DNA of 63,826 bases, filler included, from Choristocarpus tenellus KU-1152 (lineage: Eukaryota; Protista; Phaeophyceae), in assembly GCA_964200185.2 (NCBI GenBank). It is 13 parts of 13 records of this genome, joined end to end, with 100 filler letters (N's around TTAATTAATTAA, not from the genome) between each part and the next. Parts side by side here need not be neighbours in the genome. Positions count along the whole stretch, not along the records: positions 9,523 to 14,986 come from CAXNAD020010707.1; positions 15,087 to 17,733 come from CAXNAD020025988.1; positions 17,834 to 23,315 come from CAXNAD020010643.1; positions 23,416 to 27,791 come from CAXNAD020014840.1; 9 more parts are not named here. One strand, given 5' to 3'. Positions within the stretch are counted from its first letter, which is position 1. Every line of letters begins with the position of its first letter. The position numbers and the translations under genes are program-made. Below the pieces are notes generated by a model that was given only the letters and a program-made list of their open reading frames with translations, did not search any database and was not told the origin of the DNA. Positions 13,042 to 24,996 of the stretch are shown piece by piece.

Positions 13042-14533
13042 ATGTCCCACCTTAAGAGATACTACTCCGCAGGGGACAGTCCCACTGCACAGGACGATGG
13101 TGAAGCTGTGCAGGTGGTTGTCCGCATACGACCTATAATCAAATCCGATATAGCCACCAAGAGGAAGAAGGACTGGCGAGTGTCGTTGCTGTCTGTGAGC
13201 AAAGTGGATGAGAGGACCGTGCAGGTCAGGTGTATGACTAGGTTCTGTACGTACATGTATGCCCAATTCCAGAATAATCTGTTTCAGGACTTTCATGCCA
13301 CCTGACACATTGTAGTATACTACATGGTATTAGAACAGGTACTCTACTATCGAAATGTTCAGGGAGTTTTCCCACAGATACACAAGAAAAAGGTTCCCAG
13401 TGACAACTGTAATGGCCAGGTGCTGCTGGAACCTAGACGCGCACATCGTTTTCAGTGTGCGAGCTGCCTAGACGAGAATAGCACCCAGGCAGACGTATTT
13501 GAGGAGGCGAAGATCCCTGAGCTCCTGGACGCTGCCTTAAACGGCTATGCTAGTACTATCTTTGCGTATGGGCAAACAGGTCAGCAACAAATACAACAAA
13601 TGGCAGTGTCCAATCGAACGCCTTACTTGCATGCCTTCAACTGCAATCTTCGCATTCACCTCACGCATTTACAATAAAATCCATGGATTAGTATTCGTAT
13701 CTGATTTTGCGAGCCGTCGGAGATGAAGAAAGGACCCAATTCAATGTGGGCTAACCAATTCCAGCTCCGTTTTTCATTTTTTCACGACCTTTCAGGGACG
13801 AGAAGAGTGAAGAACCAGTGTGTTCCAGAAGTGAACAGTGTAGTTTGCATGAAAAGAGTGATATATCTTACAACCACATGCTGCAATAACGTCAAGAACG
13901 TACTTTACTTGGTTAGTTTCAAGCGCAACATTCCATTGTTCTGTAGAACGTCCCTGTTGAGGCGGTGTCCAGGTACCTTGTCAAGAGACATGCTAAATGT
14001 TGCGAAATGTGTGTAGGGGCCAGAAGAACATCCACAATCAACACTACCAGATCCTACGGTTAACCAACATGAAAGACACCCTGATCTCCCATCGAGGTGC
14101 TGGGAATTACTTGGGAACACTCCTGTAACAAAGAGAGCTCTTCAAGGGACCAGAGGGGACCAAAACGTAATGGAGCAGAGTTAATCCTTGGGAGCCACTT
14201 TGCACTTTCAGGAATTTGCCAAATGAAATACGAAATATCATGCTATTAAGTAATCAACTATGTCTTGAGCTGATGATATCTATCTAATTAAATCCCTGCA
14301 ATATATCTCTCAACTTCCATTGCCTAACAGAAGATACCTCCCATCCTTCTCCCGGTGGCATTGATTGCACTTGGCACTGATATTTCCCTAACCTCGAACA
14401 TTACTTGTCTCAAAACAACATTATTAATAGGAGCTGGAAAAACGTTCACAATGCTGGGCAGTGCAAGGGCACCTGACCTAATACCTTGCGACAAACATTG
14501 GAGGGATGCCCATCAAGCAGGAGCTCTTCCCAG
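13042..14533 (+). CDS. KIF12: Kinesin motor protein, N-terminal part (KIF12/kinesin-16-like), partial
   Basis: Exons 13042-13224, 13420-13579, 14431-14533 in frame: VQVVVRIRP, STQADVFEE, LLDAALNGYASTIFAYGQT/GAGKTFTM (P-loop), GALPR. Kinesin is certain; the subfamily is inferred from the LLD.AL.GYA.T.FAYGQTG signature. Confidence 0.9.
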
Positions 14534-14967
14534 GTGAGAGAAGCATGCAAAGGACACTTTTTCATGCACCTCATGACAGGCCAGACGCCAGAATCACACT
14601 CATTGAGGTCTTATGCCCAGGACCACAGTAGCATTACATTTGTGTTGCTTGGAAGAAGCAGGAAGACGAGATGGAGTCTTGATCATGAGCCTGATTCCAG
14701 CTCAGCTGAAGGAGAGGCTGTTGAGTGTATTGGGCCCTCAGACACAAAAAATCATTTGAAGTCCGATTTGGAGTTCTTCTTCTAGAAGAGGAGAATTGGA
14801 TTGTTGATGGCGAGGGAGGTCTGTTTTTGTGTCATAATAGTGTCGCTTACTCTTCATTGATGGAGGTGAAGGTTGTGGATGCATTTAACTGAGGGCAACC
14901 CTAAAAGTAAGATGCTGCAGGACCAAAGGAGAAGACAGGAGTTGGTGGTGCAATAGCATGCGCTACA

Positions 14968-14986
14968 GGTTCAAAGTATCTGGGGG
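14968..14986. mobile_element. MITE family A terminus cut by contig end
   Basis: GGTTCAAAGTATCTGGGGG running into the linker. Confidence 0.75.
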
Positions 14987-15086
14987 NNNNNNNNNNNNNN
15001 NNNNNNNNNNNNNNNNNNNNNNNNNNNNNNTTAATTAATTAANNNNNNNNNNNNNNNNNNNNNNNNNNNNNNNNNNNNNNNNNNNN

Positions 15087-15611
15087 GAGACAGCGGATGT
15101 GACGGAAGAGGTAGCAGCACAGCTGGAACACCTGGCAGGCTTCACGATAAGAGAATACATACCTAAAGGGGAGCTAGGGAGGAAGACGGTCAAAGGAGAC
15201 TACGAACTACCTGAAAACTTCCACCACTTTGTGGCAGCCATGGTGAGGATTTGTAAATATGGGGATAGGTGGAATAGGGGGAAGAGAAGGACAGAACGGG
15301 TAATCGATGATTTGGAAGAGGCTTGACGTAAAGTTTGCATGTTTTACGGGGCCAATAAACCAACACTATTAGAGAGTCCACGGATCGTGGAGCTAATCTT
15401 CAGAGCCGTAGAGGAGGACCTCATGTGTTGGGAAAAGCGGTTGGCGGCAGCGGCTGATATTATAGGGAATAAATTTAACACACCACCTCCCCACGACACG
15501 CTGATACCACTCCCGCCGAGCCCACATTTTACATGTGTAGAAGCGACATTGGCCCAAGCAAAGAACATGCTACCTGCCCTGTATAGCACTAGTCCCGCTC
15601 CCGATCCATGA
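15087..15611 (+). pseudogene. Decayed intronless ORF, possibly retroelement gag/ORF1
   Basis: ORFs 15099-15326 and 15339-15611 are in the same frame, separated by one TGA; Pro-rich tail; no diagnostic motif. Confidence 0.3.
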
Positions 15612-17081
15612 AGAGGGCGGGGACATGGGGGGAGACTAGGACTTCAAAATCTCCCAGGGACGATTGATTTCCCAGCTCACCACGATTAATCAGTTGCTTC
15701 GACGATTGATTCCCAGCTAACCCTAATTCCTACAAAACCGATATTGTACCACATCAATTCTGTGCCGCTTTTTTCGGGCATGCCCATGGGTGCACAAAAT
15801 CGGGGTAGGTACTGTATAGTAGTGTCAAAAGCCAGATCAGTCACTTTTCCCACACACACAAGACCACAACATGAGGAAGTAACCCTATTTCAGAGTATTT
15901 ATCATTATTCCGCAACAAATTGCTGCTGGCCAACGAAATGTTCATGTGCGTACCCGAACTGAGATAGGAGGTTGGCATATATTAAGTAGTGAAGACCGGG
16001 TCAGATACAATGCCTTCCTGTCTTAAGGGCGCTCGCATGAAGTCCGTTCGGGGAAATCCATCCCCTATCAGCTGTGAAACGAGCTAAAGCAAATAAGGTG
16101 GTGATGTTTAAGCTTCACATTTTGTTCGCTGTTGAGGTTTGCTGGGCAAAACTCACCCCATGCAAGGTTGAAAAGGCCTCAACGAAAGATGAAGGTCTGG
16201 CGTGGAGTAGAGATCCGTCAGACCCCTAAAGTAGTAACAAGTATCGAAAATGAGTTGTGGCTTTCACTGTGACTTGTGACCATCAATAGGGACGTAGCAT
16301 CAAGATCAACGGTTATGTCAGTTGAGGATTCGGAATTTTCACGAGAGGAGAAGAATTGGAGTGAGGACGGGATAATGACATTGGAAGATATTCGAAGGAT
16401 GGGGGGAATGATGATTCCAGCTAGAATGTGGCAGATGAGGAAGGCAGCAACAAGGAGGATGGCTATAGAGAAAATTGGCTCAAGAGTCGGGTCAACAGAC
16501 GATAAAGAGGTTGAAGATCCTGTGCTCATCTTGAGGGCGGCAAGTGCAGTGGCCCTGGGCCACACAGCAAGCGATCCACAAAGAGGCTGCACAAAGACAG
16601 AGGAAACGGACACACCTGCAGCAGTGGCACCAAGGAACATCAGCGTGAAGGTCATCTCGATTTCTATTAGTGCTGCAACAAAGATAAAGAGTAGGACTGG
16701 GGGTACCCTGGTGATGTTTTCCATTGAGTGCACAGATCTTAGGGGTACTCGTTAAAGTATCGCCCAAATCATCAAAGAGGATAAAGGTTGATTGGTTAAA
16801 GCTAAGTGGGGCATGCAGCACCCCATAAAATCAGAAAATATTTCTTTTGGTATGAGAACTTTTCTCATACAACTAATCACTAGTAAAAGGTTCCGATAAC
16901 TCAACACTAATTGATTGTTCTCTTACTCCATACATATTTTACGGTAACTGTCTGATAGAGTTGGAAGAGTCTAATCGAACAGTACTCGCATTTTGTCGCC
17001 TTGAGGGTCTTGACCAAGGATGGGACATCATGTATACTCCAGTGAGTTCAAGTCTATTGGTGGTATTCTTGTGCACTGGTC

Positions 17082-17460
17082 TCAGTGTTTGGAGAGACCC
17101 ATGCCACGACAGGAGGACAACAAGTTGTGCACCACGCCAATCGCATGGGTTTCGCAAGTCTTGCACACCCACTGCATCTGGCAATGGTTTTTGAACTCGT
17201 TTCTGCATTCACCTGTCCATATGTTGAGCACCCCGAGTTCTTGCCTGTATCCCGTAGCCATTGGCCTCATATACTCGTTGATCAGCTTCTTCAGAATGTG
17301 CTGCACAAAGGAGATGTCCTATGCAGTGTCAGCGCTGACAACAATGCAGCTGTGCGCCCAGGTCATTACCTTGAGGTTTCCTGCCCTCTTGTTGTTCTGG
17401 ACTCACAAGCTCACCACCAGGCAGATCGAACTCCTGATCATTCTGAAGAACTCCAAGATG
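17082..17460 (-). mobile_element. Sola2-like DDD transposase relic
   Basis: One frame with two stops reads SCIVVSADTA*DISFVQHILKKL...LNIWTGECRNEFKNHCQMQW...VVHNLLSSCRGMG, matching the Sola2-type pattern vISDdl.HD..fV...W(S/T)DGC..Q(F/Y)KN...HNFF.S.HGKG. Confidence 0.65.
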
Positions 17461-17464
17461 GGTC

Positions 17465-17696
17465 AGACCAAAGCATTTAAGAGGGAAGGGCTGCGTCCGT
17501 TCGGGATCATAAATCCAATGTTACGATTTTGATTCATTTTGGCCATCTTTTTTCTTAGATGAGCCAATATCCTTGCTCTAGGCACACCTTCAATAGTCGT
17601 ATACATTTTAGGTAACTTCGTTCGCACAGAAAACCGAAAGGGGGCATATAAACAGATAAACAGGGCAAAACTCGTACCCACTTAAATGCTTTGACT
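17465..17696. mobile_element. MITE family C (B-related, AAAGCATTT termini)
   Basis: AGACCAAAGCATTT-16 bp-GTCCGTTCGG at left; 26-bp spacer before AAATGCTTTGACT at right; interior homologous to family B. A family A terminus (17697-17733) abuts its right end. Confidence 0.8.
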
Positions 17697-19238
17697 GGGT
17701 CAAAGTATCTGGGGGGGGGGGGTGGTTTGAAAGNNNNNNNNNNNNNNNNNNNNNNNNNNNNNNNNNNNNNNNNNNNNTTAATTAATTAANNNNNNNNNNN
17801 NNNNNNNNNNNNNNNNNNNNNNNNNNNNNNNNNACCCCCCCTCCCCTGCATGTTGATTGATTTTTAATTGTCTTCTTAGGACAAAAAGGTCAACGTGGCT
17901 GTTGATGCCGTAATGATACCGTAATGGAGTCTAGTGGGCTACGCAGTGAGAGAGCTGTCTACGTTTATTCAGGTATCCTCGGGGTTGTCTCTGTTGGAAT
18001 ATAAATTTTTACTTATATTTGTCATTGTTTGTCTTGTCTCGGACTCTAGGACTGCAAGTAGAGGTCCGGTACGCAACGGGACTTGAGTCGGACTTGACTG
18101 AGAAATCAGAGTTTGATTGACAATAACCCTAATCCTAATCCAAATTATGGAGGGGTTGGAATGGCGGTGAGAGGCCTTGGTGCTGACTGCATGAGCTAAG
18201 CTCAACGTATTGTGAGGGTTGCCTTGACACGGTCGTGCCATACGGCCGGCTAGAACTCTATTTACACCCGTCCCTTAAGTTTTCTGATTTCCAGATCGTT
18301 CAAAGCTTTCCCGGGGAAGGTTGATTGGCCGGGGCTTTCCAATGAAAACAGCGAAGGAGGGTCTCCCCTGCAGGGTGATGATTTGATGTAAGTACGTGGC
18401 GTGTGTGAGCGGTCGACTGGTTCGACGTTCGATAGAAACCTGAACCCCTCCCCCCCCCCCCCCCCCCCCCCCCCGGGCCGGTGGCCCCCTGTTTTTTTTT
18501 TTTTTTTGGCCAAAGGGGACAAAAAAAAAAAAAAAAAGGAAATATTAGAAANNNNNNNNNNCGTTTGATAGAAACCTTACCCCCCCCCCCCCCCCCCCCG
18601 CCCTCGCAGGCACGTTGCCTCCTGGTTGTTTTTTATTTTCAGCACAAGGTGACAAAAACAAAAATAAATAGGAAATAATAGAAAAAAAACTGTCCTTTTT
18701 ACTACGTTTATGGAGGGGGGGTGGGGGGTGGGGTGGGGTGGGGGGTTCTCGTTTTTTGTCCCACTTGTGTTCAATAGATGAAAAATTAACGCAACAATTT
18801 TAGAGATGAAAATGTGCTATGCTACGGTGTGTGTGAGCGTAATTGCTCTGAAATTTGGTGCTTCTTGTCCAATCGATTTATTTATTTATTTGTTTGCCAT
18901 TGGTGTTACGTTAACATCCAAATTGGTGTCGTACACGGAGTTGACTGCGCTTTGGCGATTGTATTCCCCCCGTGTATAGCAAGCAAGCGATTTTTTTTTT
19001 GGCGGGAGTCCTCTCTCTCTCTAAGAGACTGTCGACATCATGACACACAGAGCACAAGGCACACAGAGGAAATGTTCTGTATGAGCTGAAGATGAAAAGG
19101 TCGTCATGATTTTTTTTTTTCGAGACCTAGCACCGTGCTGGTAGGTGCTCTAACCCTACCCCCTGCACAGGAAATAAGCCGGTCATCCGGTGAAACCCGG
19201 CGGGTTGTTCTTGAGTCACATACACTTCAAATTCCTGT

Positions 19239-19794
19239 GAGTCAAAAGTAAAGGAGAGTTACCCGTACCCAGGTTTTTGGGAGGGGGTTTTATATTTTTC
19301 AAGTCAGTCTTTCCCTTATTTTGCAATTATTACCCCATATTTCCATGGATGAAGTTCTACGTTTTTGACTTGAGAGTGTTTGTTTCTCTTTTATTATGTG
19401 ACAACTTTCCGACACGATTTCGAAAATATCCTGTACCCGTTTGTTAAAAAAGAATATATCTGAATTGAGACAAAAGTATCTTAAGAGGGTAGAGCCGTGT
19501 CCGTTTGGGGGCCAAATTCCAATGTTGTGATTTTGATATAATTTTTGGCTATTGTGTTTTGTTAGGAAGTGTCAATATCCTTGTTCCGGACACACCTTTT
19601 CGTAACGTATACTTTTTACCTACTCCAAAACGTTTTGGACTCGGAAAATGTCATTAAAAAAAACATGGGAAACCAAGACCCAAATGGACAAACAAGGCAA
19701 AACTCGTACCTTTTAAGATACTTTCACTCATTTGCATATATTTTGTCAGCATCCTTGAAATGCAACTCTGGGTACCTCTAGTTCACTTTGACTC
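19239..19794. mobile_element. MITE family E copy carrying a nested family B MITE
   Basis: Termini GAGTCAAAAGTAAAGGAGAGTTACCC ... GGTACCTCTAGTTCACTTTGACTC; interior is the reverse complement of 22197-22453. Confidence 0.75.
19467..19729. mobile_element. MITE family B (~260 bp)
   Basis: GAGACAAAAGTATCTTAAGAGGG ... AAGATACTTTCACTC; 17/26 spacers; ATT duplicated at both flanks. Confidence 0.9.
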
Positions 19795-20120
19795 AGTTCT
19801 CACATCAGCAGTTTGGAGCCAGATCCGTGAAATGCCTACAACTGACTGCATGAGGAACAGTGTAGAAGATTTGTGACAGGTTGGTTGGTGGGACGGTGTG
19901 TTGATTGAAGAGGTTGCCTATGGTCCCAGTACACTGTATTATACTCCACCTATACTAGTGAGTCTGCCATGAATGGCACAATCTGTAACACCATGCCATC
20001 CTGATGATCGCCTCTTTTTTTGGTTGTGACAAATTCATGGCAAATTGGTGGGATGTACACGCCCCAACAACCACAGTGCTACCTGCAACCCTTCGCCAAT
20101 TTTCTTCTGTGACATTGGTT

Positions 20121-20268
20121 GTTCGGGACAACGCTCAGGTCCCATTTGATCTTTGATACTATGCTGTTCAGGACAGTGCTCAGGTCCCATATGATCTCTG
20201 ATACTATGCTGTTCAGGGCAGCACTTGGGTCCCGTTTGATTTGTGATGCTATGCTGTTCAGGACAATG
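20121..20268. repeat. 45-bp tandem repeat, about 3.3 copies
   Basis: Units start at 20121, 20166, 20211, 20256 (GTTCAGGACAGTGCTCAGGTCCCAT...). Confidence 0.9.
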
Positions 20269-20493
20269 GTTGGAGTCAATTTCCATTCTGAAATATGCTC
20301 CTCATCCAGTACAGGACTCGAGGGTCCATTTCCTCAGTACATTGGAGTATTGTTGGATGTGATGTGAGTGTATTTATACCCACAGCACAGGACATCACAT
20401 TGTGGAGGAATGAATGTTCATGGTCACATAGTGGCGTCCACGTTGAACATTTCTGACAGTACACCAAATACCACAGCTCTCACAGCTCGAACT

Positions 20494-20757
20494 GAGTCAA
20501 AACATTTAGGACAATGGGGCCACATCTGTTCAGAGTCGTAGATTCATTGCTGCGATTTTTATGAATTTATCGTGTTTGTTAGCAAGTGTCAATATCCTTC
20601 GTTTGGACACAGGTTTCATAATCGTACACATTTTACCTACTCCGAAATCCGAAATGTTCACACAGAAAACCGAAAAGGGCTAGAAAAAACCCGTGGGAAG
20701 TCAATCCCTGAACGGACAAACAAGGCAAAACTCCAACCCTCTTGAATGCCTTGGGTC
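20494..20757. mobile_element. MITE family C
   Basis: GAGTCAAAACATTT ... GAATGCCTTGGGTC; 16/26 spacers; perfect 4-bp TSD AACT. Confidence 0.85.
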
Positions 20758-21425
20758 AACTGGCTTTGTTGTTTAGAATCATAGTATCCTGACAGAGGTA
20801 TTGTTGGGTACAAGGGACCCCTGTACTCCAAGCCCTCTGAACAGTGATTTCTCACTTCCGTGGATAGACCTTTATCTCATCTCTGACGGCAACAGTCTCC
20901 TGATGGGGGTTAGCCGATTTCAGAAATTTCGGACATGGGAATGAGGTATCAGGCAGAAGAATTTATGAGTCCCTTACACCCAATAGGGGACTAAATCGAC
21001 CTCCCTCTAGGATACCATTGGTCTTTAGTATGATAGGGCATCACAAGTCAGCAATGCTTCCTCGGAGCAGCACCCATTTGAACCCCACACAAGATTTACT
21101 ACCTAGGAGCACAAAGTCAATACAGAAGGACTGACTGGCAATTTGCACTCCTATGGAACACTAAAGCGCATTGTCAAGAATCATCACGCTTTTCTACCAT
21201 GTTTCATCAATAGGGTGTCTGTCTATGCTTACACTTTTGTTATTGATTCTCTCTCATGTGTGTACTTATTTTGTTGTACGTGGAGAGATTTGAAACATGA
21301 TGGATATCGAAAGTGTGACACTGGAGAGCCGAAGCAAACGAGAGGTGGTCAGGTTTTGACATACACTCACACACATGTACATGCATGCAAGCATACATAT
21401 ATACATATTGCACACTCTGTTAGAG

Positions 21426-21817
21426 CTAGTAAACCCCTGAGCTACAGCCCAGGGGTTTACTAGTGTTCTAACAAAAGCTAATTCTGGGGATGGCAAGCTA
21501 TTAGGCTTGGTGAGGTTTCGCCTGAGGGTTGCTATCCCTGTAACCAGTGACCAACTTCGAGATTCGACCAACTACCTGCTCGGTAGGTCAGGGGTTTACT
21601 AGTGTTCTAACAAACGCTACTGTCACGCGATCGAATCTCGGCATGGTTACATGGTTACACATCTGTCAAAAAGCTCAACCCGCTGGCAAGATACATAACC
21701 TCACATTAGTGACTGCTTCTCCAAAGTTGGTCACTGACTAGAGGGATAGCAACCCTCAGGCGAAACCTCACCAAGTCTAACAGCTTGTGATCCCCGGGAT
21801 TAGCTTTTGTTCGAACA
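21426..21817. repeat. Foldback structure: ~100-bp inverted repeat plus small hairpin
   Basis: Arms 21464-21562 and 21718-21817 are near-complementary; perfect 14-bp hairpin CTAGTAAACCCCTG/CAGGGGTTTACTAG at 21426-21463; CAGGGGTTTACTAGTGTTCTAACAAA recurs at 21589. Confidence 0.85.
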
Positions 21818-22196
21818 TGAAGAAGTAGGACCTGTTCCAGGGCCTTGCTATTTGGGTGTCCTTGTTGTGTGATGCCTTGCTGGAATGGTTCACAAGGTGT
21901 TGTGGAATCAGAGACATCATTGTTGCTAATCAAGGATTGTGTCAAAAGGCCTGCATGATAGATACTATTATCAAGCAGCACTTTATCGGTACCAAGTTAA
22001 GGAATCACTGAAGCTTCAATAGGCAATATGATGTCACCTGGTGTGAGAAACGAATAAATCCATAAATATGCAGTGGTGAACCATTGGCAGTACGCAAATT
22101 TATTGTACCACAAGGTATAGGATGCACATGGAAACGTTTGAGTTGAGGATGATTATGAGTTAATGCCTCTGAAATACATGGCACATCGTTTGCTGT

Positions 22197-22453
22197 GGGT
22201 CAAAATAAACGAAAGGTAACCAGAGTTTCATTCTAAGGATGCTGACAAATGTGTGCAAAATTCGTTTTTTTTGACAACTGTGGGTAAGATATTTTCTGAA
22301 ATTGTGTCTGAAAATTTTCAAGCAATTGAGAAATACTCTCAAATCAAATTTAGAACTTCATCCATAGAAATGTGGGCGAATTGCAAAAGATTGAAAAATA
22401 TACTTGAAATACAAAATGGCCAAAAACTGGGTACCTCTCGCTTACTCCAGCTC
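22197..22453. mobile_element. MITE family E
   Basis: Imperfect TIR GGGTCAAAATAAACGAAAGGTAAC / GGTACCTCTCGCTTACTCCAGCTC; TGT flanks both ends; homologous pieces at 19239-19794, ~39400-39554 and 44772. Confidence 0.75.
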
Positions 22454-23272
22454 TGTGTCTATGGTTAAGTCATCTTCCTTTCGTTCTTCAACAGTGCCAG
22501 ATATTCTAACCTTTTTTTTGACAAAGATGAAGGTTTTGGTACAGATGAGTATCTCAACAAAAAACTGTTGAACCAAGTTTGAACATCCCACGACCTTGGC
22601 AAAAGCTAAGGGCACAGAAAAATGCTTAGAGACCGACGAACAGGTTATAAAAAATGCCTGAGCAGCAAGTGGTGTGACTGGTGTCAACTTACAATGCTTG
22701 TCACTCCCTGTATTGGTGCCAACGAGACCACGGTCTTTCCCAAACAGCAGGAGTCTACAAATACTCCGGACTATATATTTAATATTCCACCTAGGGATAA
22801 GAAGTGTAATGCCATCACCATACTCTCTATCCTCTTGCCCTTGCCATATACGAGCCTTCTCCCTCTATCACAAGAACGACCCATAATTAGCCTGAGGGAT
22901 GCAGAGCCACAAATTGGTCAAGTGACCATAATGATTCGTAGCCTAGTAGCCGGGGTACTAGCACTTTTCACGTTGCATAGTGATACGATGCTGGTCTATA
23001 CGATGACGAAGCATAGCTGGGGGTTCAGCTTCATCATGATAAAGATTCTTGACCCACGAGGGTAAACTCCCACTTGAATGAGCTGTCATGAGTAGTCTCG
23101 CAATGACTGGGTTGAAGAACGTGCTGTAATTTGTTCTTCTGCCTAGTAGTAATCCACCTCTGTGCGTAGACCTTGGTTTTCTTTCTGCAACTGGATCACA
23201 TCAGAGCCAGGAACCTGTACTGATTACAAGGTGTGCGAAGGACAGCACTGGCATAGGTGGTGGGGACGGAGG

Positions 23273-23463
23273 GGTCAAAGTATCTTGGGGGGGGTGTCGG
23301 CGTCCGTTTTTCACCNNNNNNNNNNNNNNNNNNNNNNNNNNNNNNNNNNNNNNNNNNNNTTAATTAATTAANNNNNNNNNNNNNNNNNNNNNNNNNNNNN
23401 NNNNNNNNNNNNNNNAAGGGTGAAAAATGGATGCCGGCACCCCCCCCCCAGATACTTTGACCC
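23273..23463. mobile_element. Two family A-variant termini on either side of a linker
   Basis: GGGTCAAAGTATCT-16 bp-GTCCGTTTTTCACC before the linker and a near mirror image (GGTGAAAAATGGAT...AGATACTTTGACCC) after it. Confidence 0.7.
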
Positions 23464-23848
23464 ACAACAGTAATAGTAGTAGTATTAATACTAGTGAATA
23501 GCGCAAACCACCGCAATGAATGACAAACACCCCATACGTGTTCGAACAATGTAATCTGATGGTGGGTTGGTACATTGTAGGTGTTTCAAGATATTGATCT
23601 TCTATCCACTACTGTCCATTTACTTACTATCCACTCAACACTACAATTCCTCACACCAATTGAAACTTGTTTTTCATGTGGTCTATTCTAAAATCTATTT
23701 TACATCCCCCTCCTCCCAACCTCTCCCCACAACATTACTCCTTTGAAGGTGCAAGAACTCACAATTTGGCACCGAAACATCCGAGAGGACCATGGCCTGT
23801 TTCCTCTCTACCATGTCCTATCGTTACAGACACGCTCCAGAAGCTTAC

Positions 23849-23996
23849 CTCCACAGGATGTGTAGCTCCAATCCACAGGCCTATAGATGGCGCCGATGTT
23901 CATACGGAACTCCCAGGATGCTCCACAGGATGTGTAGCTCCAATCAACAAGCCTATAGATGATGCTGATGCTCGTACAGAGCTCCCAGGGTACTCC
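23849..23996. repeat. 72-bp tandem duplication
   Basis: CTCCACAGGATGTGTAGCTCCAATC... at 23849 and 23921. Confidence 0.85.
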
Positions 23997-24737
23997 GACA
24001 ACCAAAGGAGTCCAATCCATAGGTTAACGAACGTCAGCTCAGCAGAACAGGGGTACGCTCAATCCAATTAGCGTAAGAAATGCTTATTGGTATATCGGAT
24101 AGAGAGTGCTTTAGGTGGGTCTCTAAATCCGAACTGAGCCATTTGGAGCCGTTTTTAGGATCTCTTATCATCATTTACCGTTGGGGCTTCTTTGGTTTAC
24201 AGACATTGGAATATATCTGAGAACCCTTGCAACCTTTCCATCTGGACCCTTGCGACTTTCCCGAGTTACAGATTTTATTCTGCAACTTTTAGCTAGTCGG
24301 AGCTCCCCCTTTTGGGGTTCCCCATGCATATACACTGCTCGCACCGGTTAAAGTGCGGGAAGAAATACTCACGCTACTCGCCTATAACACTATATCCTGT
24401 TCCTGACAGTAAGTGCTGCGGCCTTCATTTTGCCCATGTTGGGTTCATGATGGATAGCCCTGCCCGTTGGTTCAGACCGCTTCACATGGGAGTTGACTCG
24501 CTAGAACCTACAAACAAACCAAATTGTTGCTACTATGCACAACATTGAAAATACAGTATAAAACAATCCTCCCTTAATGCCCCAGATGAAACAAGAACAT
24601 GATGTGATAAAATGATATCCTATTTCTTCTACGGCTGTATGTACAAAAAGGGTAAAGCTTTACAGGTGATATCAATCCATCATAACTTGATTCATCTGGA
24701 ATGCTCATGAGTGCCTCGGTTCCAACTACCAATAACC

Positions 24738-24996
24738 GGGTCAAGTATCTTAGAGGGTAGGGCCGCGTCCATTTGGGGGCCAAATATCCAATGTTGCGAT
24801 TTTGGTGAAATTTTGGCGATCGTGTTTGTTAGGAAGTGTCCATATCCTTGTTCCGGACACACCTTTCCATAACATACACATTATACCTACTCTGAAACAT
24901 TTTGGAGTAGGAATATGTCATAAAAGAGCCCATGGGAAGCCAAGCCCCAAATGGACAAACAGTTCAAAACTCGTACCCTTTAAGATACTTTCACTC
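24738..24996. mobile_element. MITE family B
   Basis: GGGTCAAGTATCTTAGAGGGTA ... AAGATACTTTCACTC; 16/26 spacers; perfect 4-bp TSD AACC. Confidence 0.95.

Noticed and set aside
19171-19236. Candidate exon EISRSSGETRRVVLESHTLQIP (and 18295-18387)
   Set aside because: No recognisable product or phase-consistent chain; the apparent GTGAGT donor overlaps the family E terminus.
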